In this document: in pieces, positions 53,001 to 64,000 of the stretch
Layout: each line of letters starts with the position of its first letter
Numbering within the stretch: the stretch's first letter is position 1
Made by a program: the position numbers and the translations under genes
DNA from: Euprymna scolopes
Lineage: Eukaryota
Assembly: GCA_053919585.1 (NCBI GenBank)
Contig: CM132809.1
DNA: 64,000 bases
Direction: 5' to 3' (one strand)
Notes under the pieces: generated by a model
Database searches by the model: none
Seen by the model: only the letters and a program-made list of their open reading frames with translations
Told to the model about the DNA's origin: nothing

Positions 53001-56000
53001 AACAATTGTGATCTTACTCAACATCTCTTATATCCATTGTGGAGGTATATAGGAACAATTGTGATCTAACTCAACATCTCTTATATCCATTGTGGAGGTA
53101 TGTAGAAACAATTGGCATCTAACTCAACATCTCTTATACCCATTGTAGAGGTATGTAGAAACAATTGTGATCCAACTCAACATCTCTTATACCCATTGTG
53201 GAGGTATATAGAAACAATTGTGATCTAACTCAACATCTCTTATACCCATTGTGGAGGTATATAGAAACAATTGTGATCGAACTCAACATCTCTTATACCC
53301 ATTGTGGAGGTATGTAGAAACAATTGTGATCTAACTAAACATCTCTCATACCTATTGTGGAGGTATGTAGAAACAATTGTGATCTAATTAAACATCTCTT
53401 ATACCCATTGTGGAGGTATGTAGAAACAATTGTGATCTAACTCAACATCTCTTATATCCATTGTGGAGGTATATAGGAACAATTGTGATCTAACTCAACA
53501 TCTCTTATATCCATTGTGGAGGTATGTAGAAACAATTGTCATCTAACTCAACATCTCTTATATCCATTGTGGAGGTATGTAGAAACAATTGGCATCTAAC
53601 TCAACATCTCTTATACCCATTGTAGAGGTATGTAGAAACAATTGTGATCTAACTCAACATCTCTTATACCCATTGTGGAGGTATATAGAAACAATTGTGA
53701 TCGAACTCAACATCTCTTATACCCATTGTGGAGGTATGTAGAAACAATTGTGATCTAACTCAACATCTCTTATATCCATTGTGGAGGTATGTAGAAACAA
53801 TTGTGATCTAATTAAACATCTCTTATACCCATTGTGGAGGTATGTAGAAACAATTGTGATCTAACTCAACATCTCTTATATCCATTGTGGAGGTATGTAG
53901 AAACAATTGGCATCTAACTCAACATCTCTTATACCCATTGTAGAGGTATGTAGAAACAATTGTGATCCAACTCAACATCTCTTATACCCATTGTGGAGGT
54001 ATATAGAAACAATTGTGATCTAACTCAACATCTCTTATACCCATTGTGGAGGTATGTAGAAACAATTGTGATCTAATTTAACATCTCTTATATCCATTGT
54101 GGAGGTATGTAGAAACAATTGTGATCTAATTAAACATCTCTTATACCCATTGTGGAGGTATGTAGAAACAATTGTGATCTAACTCAACATCTCCTATATC
54201 AATTGTGGAGGTATGTAGAAACAATTGGAATCTAACTCAACATGTCTTATATCCATTGTGGAGGTATGTAGAAACAATTGTGATCAAACTAAACATCTCT
54301 TATACTCATTGTGGAGGTATATAGAAACAATTGTGATCTAACTCAACATCTCTTATATCCATTGTGGAGGTATGTAGAAACAATTGTGATCTAATTCAAC
54401 ATCTCTTATACCCATTGTGGACGTATGTAGAAACAATTGTGATCTAACTCAACATCTCTTATATCCATTGTGGAGGTATATAGAAACAATTGTGATCTAA
54501 TATAACATTTCCTATACCCATTGTGGAGGTATGTAGAAACAATTGGGATCTAACTCAACATCTCTTATATCCATTGTGGAGGTATGTAGAAACAATTGTG
54601 ATCTAACTCAACATCTCTTATATCCATTGTGGAGGTATGTAGAAACAATTGTGATCCAACTCAACATCTCTTATATCCATTGTGGAGGTATGTAGAAACA
54701 ATTGTGATCTAATTCAACATCTCTTATACCCATTGTGGAGGTATGTAGAAACAATTGTGATCTAATTAAACATCTTTTGAAGCCATTGTGGAGGTATGTA
54801 GAAACAATTGTGATCTAACTCAACATCTCTTATATCCATTGTGGAGGTATATAGGAACAATTGTGATCTAACTCAACATCTCTTATATCCATTGTGGAGG
54901 TATGTAGAAACAATTGGCATCTAACTCAACATCTCTTATACCCATTGTAGAGGTATGTAGAAACAATTGTGATCTAACTCAACATGTCTTATACCCATTG
55001 TGGAGGTATATAGAAACAATTGTGATCTAACTCAACATCTCTTATACCCATTGTGGACGTATGTAGAAACAATTGTGATCTAATTTAACATCTCTTATAT
55101 CCATTGTGGAGGTATGTAGAAACAATTGTGATCTAAGTAAACATCTCTTATACCCATTGTGGAGGTATGTAGAAACAATTGTGATCTAACTCAACATCTC
55201 TTATATCAATTGTGGAGGTATGTAGAAACAATTGGAATCTAACTCAACATGTCTTATATCCATTGTGGAGGTATGTAGAAACAATTGTGATCTAACTAAA
55301 CATCTCTTATACTCATTGTGGAGGTATATAGAAACAATTGTGATCTAACTCAACATCTCTTATATCCATTGTGGAGGTATGTAGAAACAATTATCATTTA
55401 ACTCAACTTCTCTTATATCCATTGTGGAGGTATGTAGAAACAATTGTGATCTAACTCAACATCTCTTATACCAATTGTGGAGGTATGTAGAAACAATTGT
55501 GATCTAACTCAACATCTCTTATACCCATTGTGGAGGTATATAGAAACAATTGTGATCTAACTCAACATCTCTTATATCAATTGTGGAGGTATGTAGAAAC
55601 AATTGGAATCTAACTAAACATGTCTTATATCCATTGTGGAGGTATGTAGAAACAATTGTGATCTAACTAAACATCTCTCATACCTATTGTGGAGGTATGT
55701 AGAAACAATTGTGATCTAATTTAACATCTCTTATATCCATTGTGGAGGTATGTAGAAACAATTGTGATCTAACTCAACATCTCTTATACCCATTGTGGAG
55801 GTATGTAGAAACAATTGTGATTTAACTCAACATCTCTTATATCAATTGTGGAGGTATGTAGAAACAATTGGAATCTAACTCAACATGTCTTATATCCATT
55901 GTGGAGGTATGTAGAAACAATTGTGATCTAACTAAACATCTCTTATACTCATTGTGGAGGTATATAGAAACAATTGTGATCTAACTCAACATCTCTTATA

Positions 56001-59000
56001 TCCATTGTGGAGGTATGTAGAAACAATTGACATCTAACTCAACTTCTCTTATATCCATTGTGGAGGTATGTAGAAAATTTGTGATCTAACTCAACATCTC
56101 TTATACCCATTGTGGAGGTATGTAGACACAATTGTGATCTAACTCAACATCTCTTATACCCATTGTGGAGGTATATAGAAACAATTGTGATCTAACTCAA
56201 CATCTCTTATATCCATTGTGGAGGTATGTAGAAACAATTGTGATCTAATTCAACATCTCTTATACCCATTGTGGACGTATGTAGATACAAATGTGATCTA
56301 ACTCAACATCTCTTATATCCATTGTGGAGGTATATAGAAACAATCGTGATCTAATTAAACATCTCCTATACCCATTGTGGAGGTATGTAGAAACAATTGG
56401 GATCTAACTCAACATCTCTTATATCCATTGTGGAGGTATATAGAAACAATTGTGATCTAACTCAACATCTCTTATATCCATTGTGGAGGTATGTAGAAAC
56501 AATTGTGATCTAACTACACATCTCTTATATCCATTGTGGAGGTATATAGAAACAATTGTGATCTAATTCAACATCTCTTATATCCATTGTGGAGGTATGT
56601 AGAAACAATTGTGATCTAACTCAACATCTCTTATATCCATTGTGGAGGTATGTAGAAACAATTGTGATCCAACTCAACATCTCTTATATCCATTGTGGAG
56701 GTATGTAGAAACAATTGTGATCTAATTCAACATCTCTTATACCCATTGTGGAGGTATGTAGAAACAATTGTGATCTAATTAAACATCTTTTATACCCATT
56801 GTGGAGGTATGTAGAAACAATTGTGATCTTACTCAACATCTCTTATATCCATTGTGGAGGTATATAGGAACAATTGTGATCTAACTCAACATCTCTTATA
56901 TCCATTGTGGAGGTATGTAGAAACAATTGGCATCTAACTCAACATCTCTTATACCCATTGTAGAGGTATGTAGAAACAATTGTGATCCAACTCAACATCT
57001 CTTATACCCATTGTGGAGGTATATAGAAACAATTGTGATCTAACTCAACATCTCTTATACCCATTGTGGAGGTATATAGAAACAATTGTGATCGAACTCA
57101 ACATCTCTTATACCCATTGTGGAGGTATGTAGAAACAATTGTGATCTAACTAAACATCTCTCATACCTATTGTGGAGGTATGTAGAAACAATTGTGATCT
57201 AATTAAACATCTCTTATACCCATTGTGGAGGTATGTAGAAACAATTGTGATCTAACTCAACATCTCTTATATCCATTGTGGAGGTATATAGGAACAATTG
57301 TGATCTAACTCAACATCTCTTATATCCATTGTGGAGGTATGTAGAAACAATTGTCATCTAACTCAACATCTCTTATATCCATTGTGGAGGTATGTAGAAA
57401 CAATTGGCATCTAACTCAACATCTCTTATACCCATTGTAGAGGTATGTAGAAACAATTGTGATCTAACTCAACATCTCTTATACCCATTGTGGAGGTATA
57501 TAGAAACAATTGTGATCGAACTCAACATCTCTTATACCCATTGTGGAGGTATGTAGAAACAATTGTGATCTAACTCAACATCTCTTATATCCATTGTGGA
57601 GGTATGTAGAAACAATTGTGATCTAATTAAACATCTCTTATACCCATTGTGGAGGTATGTAGAAACAATTGTGATCTAACTCAACATCTCTTATATCCAT
57701 TGTGGAGGTATGTAGAAACAATTGGCATCTAACTCAACATCTCTTATACCCATTGTAGAGGTATGTAGAAACAATTGTGATCCAACTCAACATCTCTTAT
57801 ACCCATTGTGGAGGTATATAGAAACAATTGTGATCTAACTCAACATCTCTTATACCCATTGTGGAGGTATGTAGAAACAATTGTGATCTAATTTAACATC
57901 TCTTATATCCATTGTGGAGGTATGTAGAAACAATTGTGATCTAATTAAACATCTCTTATACCCATTGTGGAGGTATGTAGAAACAATTGTGATCTAACTC
58001 AACATCTCCTATATCAATTGTGGAGGTATGTAGAAACAATTGGAATCTAACTCAACATGTCTTATATCCATTGTGGAGGTATGTAGAAACAATTGTGATC
58101 AAACTAAACATCTCTTATACTCATTGTGGAGGTATATAGAAACAATTGTGATCTAACTCAACATCTCTTATATCCATTGTGGAGGTATGTAGAAACAATT
58201 GTGATCTAATTCAACATCTCTTATACCCATTGTGGACGTATGTAGAAACAATTGTGATCTAACTCAACATCTCTTATATCCATTGTGGAGGTATATAGAA
58301 ACAATTGTGATCTAATATAACATTTCCTATACCCATTGTGGAGGTATGTAGAAACAATTGGGATCTAACTCAACATCTCTTATATCCATTGTGGAGGTAT
58401 ATAGAAACAATTGTGATCTAACTCAACATCTCTTATATCCATTTTGGAGGTATGTAGAAACAATTGTGATCTAACTACACATCTCTTATATCCATTGTGG
58501 AGGTATATAGAAACAATTGTTATCTAATTAAACATCTCTTATATCCATTGTGGAGGTATGTAGAAACAATTGTGATCTAACTCAACATCTCTTATATCCA
58601 TTGTGGAGGTATGTAGAAACAATTGTGATCTAACTCAACATCTCTTATATCCATTGTGGAGGTATGTAAAAACAATTGTGATCTAATTCAACATCTCTTA
58701 TACCCATTGTGTAGGTATGTAGAAACAATTGTGATCTAATTAAACATCTCTTATACCAATTGTGGAGGTATGTAGAAACAATTGTGATCTAACTCAACAT
58801 CTCTTATATCCATTGTAGAGGTATATAGGAACAATTGTGATCTAACTCAACATCTCTTATATCCATTGTGGAGGTATGTAGAAACAATTGTCATCTAACT
58901 CAACATCTCTTATATCCATTGTGGAGGTATGTAGAAACAATTGGCATCTAACTCAACATCTCTTATACCCATTGTAGAGGTATGTAGAAACAATTGTGAT

Positions 59001-62000
59001 CTAACTCAACATCTCTTATACCCATTGTGGAGGTATATAGAAACAATTGTGATCGAACTCAACATCTCTTATACCCATTGTGGAGGTATGTAGAAACAAT
59101 TGTGATCTAACTCAACATCTCTTATATCCATTGTGGAGGTATGTAGAAACAATTGTGATCTAATTAAACATCTCTTATACCCATTGTGGAGGTATGTAGA
59201 AACAATTGTGATCTAACTCAACATCTCTTATATCAATTGTGGAGGTATGTAGAAACAATTGGAATCTAACTCAACATCTCTTATATCCATTGTGGAGGTA
59301 TGTAGAAACAATTGTGATCTAACTAAACATCCCTTATACTCATTGTGGAGGTATATAGAAACAATTGTGATCTAACTACACCTCTCTTATATCCATTGTG
59401 GAGGTATGTAGAAACAATTGGCATCTAACTCAACATCTCTTATATCCATTGTGGAGGTATGTAGAAACAATTGTGATCTAACTCAACATCTCTTATACCC
59501 ATTGTGGAGGTATGTAGAAACAATTGTGATCTAACTCAACATCTCTTATACCCATTGTGGAGGTATATAGAAACAATTGTGATCGAACTCAACATCTCTT
59601 ATATCCATTGTGGAGGTATGTACAAACAATTGTGATCTAATTAAACATCTCTTATATCCATTGTGGAGGTATATAGAAACAATTGTGATCTAATTAAACA
59701 TCTCTTATACCCATTGTAGAGGTATGTAGAAACAATTGTGATCTAACTCAACATCTCTTATATCCATTGTGGAGGTATGTAGAAACAATTGGCATCTAAC
59801 TCAACATCTCTTATATTCATTGTGGAGGTATGTAGAAACAATTGTGATCTAACTCAACATCTCTTATACCCATTGTGGAGGTATGTAGAAACAATTGGCA
59901 TCCAACTCAACATATCTTATATCCATTGTGGAGGTATGTAGAAACAATTGTGATCTAACTCAACATCTCTTATATCCATTGTGGAGGAATGTAGAAACAA
60001 TTGTGATCTAACTCAACATTTCTTATATCCATTGTGGAGGTATGTAGAAACAATTGTGATCTAATTCAACATCTCTTATATCCATTGTGGAGGTATGTAG
60101 AAACAATTGTGATCTAACTACACATCTCTTATATCCATTGTGGAGGTATATAGAAACAATTGTGATCTAATTAAACATCTCTTATATCCATTGTGGAGGT
60201 ATGTAGAAACAATTGTGATCTAACTCAACATCTCTTATATCCATTGTGGAGGTATGTAGAAACAATTGTGATCTAACTCAACATCTCTTATATCCATTGT
60301 GGAGGTATGTAGAAACAATTGTGATCTAACTCAACATCTCTTACACCCATTGTGGAGGTATGTAGAAACAATTGTGATCTAATTAAACATCTCTTATACC
60401 CATTGTGGAGGTATGTAGAAACAATTGTGATCTAACTTAACATCTCTTATACCCATTGTGGAGGTATATAGAAACAATTGTGATCTAACTCAACATCTCT
60501 TATACCCATTGTGGAGGTATGTAGAAACAATTGTGATCTAATTTAACATCTCTTATATCCATTGTGGAGGTATGTAGAAACAATTGTGATCTAATTAAAC
60601 ATCTCTTATACCCATTGTGGAGGTATGTAGAAACAATTGTGATCTAACTCAACATCTCTTATATCAATTGTGGAGGTATGTAGAAACAATTGGAATCTAA
60701 CTCAACATCTCTTATATCCATTGTGGAGGTATGTAGAAACAATTGTGATCTAACTAAACATCTCTTATACTCATTGTGGATGTATATAGAAACAATTGTG
60801 ATCTAACTACACCTCTCTTATATCCATTGTGGAGGTATGTAGAAACAATTGGCATCTAACTCAACATCTCTTATATCCATTGTGGAGGTATGTAGAAACA
60901 ATTGTGATCTAACTCAACATCTCTTATACCCATTGTGGAGGTATGTAGAAACAATTGTGATCTAACTCAACATCTGTTATACCAATTGTGGAGGTATATA
61001 GAAACAATTGTCATCTAACTCAACATCTCTTATATCCATTGTGGAGGTATGTACAAACAATTGTGATCTAATTAAACATCTATTATATCCATTGTTGAGG
61101 TATATAGAACCAATTGTGATCTAATTAAACATCTCTTATACCCATTGTAGAGGTATGTAGAAACAATTGTGATCTAACTCAACATCTCTTATATCCATTG
61201 TGGAGGTATGTAGAAACAATTGGCATCTAACTTAACATCTCTTATATCCATTGTGGAGGTATGTAGAAACAATTGTGATCTAACTCAACATCTCTTATAC
61301 CCATTGTGGAGGTATGTAGAAACAATTGGCATCTAACTCAACATCTCTTATATCCATTGTGGAGGTATGTAGAAACAATTGTGATCTAACTCAACATCTC
61401 TTATATCCATTGTGGAGGAATGTAGAAACAATTGTGATCTAACTCAACATTTCTTATATCCATTGTGGAGGTATGTAGAAACAATTGTGATCTAACTCAA
61501 CATCTCTTATATCCATTGTGGAGGTATGTATAAACAATTGTGATCTAACTCAACATCTCTTATACCCATTGTGGAGATATATAGAAACAATTGTGATCTA
61601 ACTCAACATCTCTTATATCAATTGTGAAGGTATGTAGAAACAATTGTGATCTAATTCAACATCTCTTATACCCAATGTGGACGTATGTAGAAACAATTGT
61701 GATCTAACTCAACATCTTTTATATCCATTGTGGAGGTATGTAGAAACAATTGTGATCTAACTCAACATCTCTTATATCCATTGTGGAGGTATGTAGAACA
61801 ATTGTGATCTAATTAAACATCTCTTATACCCATTGTGGAGGTGTGTAGAAACAATTGTGATCTAACTCAACATCTCTTATACCCATTGTGGAGGTATATA
61901 GAAACAATTGTGATCTAACTCAACATCTCTTATATCCATTGTGGAGGTATGTAGAAACAATTGTGATCTAACTCAACATCTCTTATATCCATTGTGGAGG

Positions 62001-64000
62001 TATGTAGAAACAATTGTGATCTAATTAAACATATCTTATATCCATTGTGGAGGTATGTAGAAACAATTGTGATCTAACTAGACATCTCTTATACCCATTG
62101 TGGAGGTATATAGAAACAATTGTGATCTAACTCAACATCTCTTATACCTATTGTGGAGGTATATAGATACAATTGTGATCTAACTCAACATCTCTTATAT
62201 CCATTGTGGAGGTATGTAGAAACAATTGTGATCTAATTCAACATCTCTTATATCCATTGTGGAGGTATGTAGAAACAATTGTGATCTAACTCAACATCTC
62301 TTATATCCATTGTGGAGGTATGTAGAAACAATTGTGATCTAACTCAACATCTCTTATACCCATTGTGGAGGTATGTAGAAACAATTGTGATCAAATTCAA
62401 CATCTCTTATACCCATTGTGGAGGTATGTAGAAACAATTGTGATCTAACTCAACATCTCTTATATCCATTGTGGAGGTATATAGGAACAATTGTGATCTA
62501 ACTCAACATCTCTTATATCCATTGTGGAGGTATGTAGAAACAATTGTGATCTAACTCAACATCTCTTATATCCATTGTGGAGGTATGTAGAAACAATTGG
62601 CATCTAACTCAACATCTCTTATACCCATTGTAGAGGTATGTAGAAACAATTGTGATCTAACTCAACATCTCTTATACCCATTGTAGAGGTATGTAGAAAC
62701 AATGTTGATCTAACTCAACATCTCTTATACCCATTGTGGAGGTATGTAGAAACAATTGTGATCTAATTAAACATCTCTTATACCCATTGTGGAGGTATGT
62801 AGAAACAATTGTGATCTAACTCAACATCTCTTATATCAATTGTGGAGGTATGTAGAAACAATTGAAATCTAACTCAACATGTCTTATATACATTGTGGAG
62901 GTATGTAGAAACAATTGTTATCTAACTAAACATCTCTTATATCCAGTGTGGAGGTATGTAGAAACAATTGGCATCTAACTCAACATATCTTATATCCATT
63001 GTGGAGGTATGTAGAAAAAATTGTGATCTAACTCAACATCTCTTATATCCATTGTGGAGGTATATAGAAACAATTGTGATCAAACTCAACATCTCTTATA
63101 TCCATTGTGGAGGTATGAAGAAACATTTGTGATCTAACTCAACATCTCTTATATCCATTGTGGAGGTATGTAGAAACAATTGTGATCTAATTAAACATCT
63201 CTTATATCCATTGTGGAGGTATGTAGAAACAATTGTGATCTAACTACACATCTCTTATACCCATTGTGGAGGTATATAGAAACAATTGTGATCTAACTCA
63301 ACATCTCTTATACCTATTTTGGAGGTATATAGATACAATTGTGATCTAACTCAACATCTCTTATATCCATTGTGGAGGTATGTAGAAAAAAATTGTGATC
63401 TAATTCAACATCTCTTATATCCATTGTGGAGGTATGTAGAAACAATTGTGATCTAACTCAACATCTCTTATATCCATTGTGGAGGTATGTAGAAACAATT
63501 GTGATCTAACTCAACATCTCTTATACCCATTGTGGAGGTATGTAGAAACAATTGTGATCTAATTCAACATCTCTTATACCCATTGTGGAGGTATGTAGAA
63601 ACAATTGTGATCTAACTCAACATCTCTTATATCCATTGTGGAGGTATATAGGAACAATTGTGATCTAACTCAACATCTCTTATATCCATTGTGGAGGTAT
63701 GTAGAAACAATTGTCATCTAACTCAACATCTCTTATATCCATTGTGGAGGTATGTAGAAACAATTGGCATCTAACTCAACATCTCTTATACCCATTGTAG
63801 AGGTATGTAGAAACAATTTTGATCTAATTTAACATCTCTTATATCCATTGTGGAGGTATGTAGAAACAATTGTGATCTAATTAAACATCTTTTATACCCA
63901 TTGTGGAGGTATGTAGATACAATTGTGATCTAACTCAACATCTCTTATATCAATTGTGGAGGTATGTAGAAACAATTGGAATCTAACTCAACATGTCTTA
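17058..64000 (+). repeat. 53-bp satellite DNA array, ~885 head-to-tail copies, running off the window end
   Basis: The consensus is CCATTGTGGAGGTATGTAGAAACAATTGTGATCTAACTCAACATCTCTTATAY, with period 53 (tgtggag at 17061 and 17114). Monomers typically carry 0-3 substitutions, rare 1-bp indels occur, and I saw no inversions or TE insertions. Confidence 0.99.

Noticed and set aside
17058-64000. CRISPR array
   Set aside because: There are no unique spacers, since the whole 53-bp unit repeats. No cas genes are present and the context is eukaryotic.
17058-64000. Repetitive protein-coding gene, or Shine-Dalgarno GGAGGT-ATG units
   Set aside because: 53 is not a multiple of 3 and stops (TAG, TGA, TAA) are hit within about two monomers. 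The ATG is immediately followed by TAG, SD spacing is zero, and the ORF track is empty here.

Overview
This is AT-rich eukaryotic (probably invertebrate animal) repetitive DNA, and I can support no host protein-coding gene. Positions 1 to ~17 kb are a dense mosaic of decayed mobile elements, many embedded in (TA)n/(TTA)n microsatellites. These include four CR1-group LINE fragments, an R4/Dong-like RLE retrotransposon 3' end, and Penelope-like elements (PLEs) of at least two families. One PLE forms a ~1.3 kb inverted-pLTR structure carrying hammerhead ribozyme motifs. There is also a 5S-rRNA-headed SINE with RTE-like body and tail, mariner-type and other MITE-like fold-backs, and two N gaps. 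From 17058 to the window end (~47 kb, ~885 copies) is one head-to-tail satellite of a 53-bp monomer (CCATTGTGGAGGTATGTAGAAACAATTGTGATCTAACTCAACATCTCTTATAY). Diagnostic variants show nested higher-order duplications at offsets of about 13, 61, 72, 171, 327 and 385 monomers. Each monomer also reads like a complete 53-nt GT-AG mini-intron, which is a speculative but testable observation. Family assignments come from motif recognition by eye, not from database searches.
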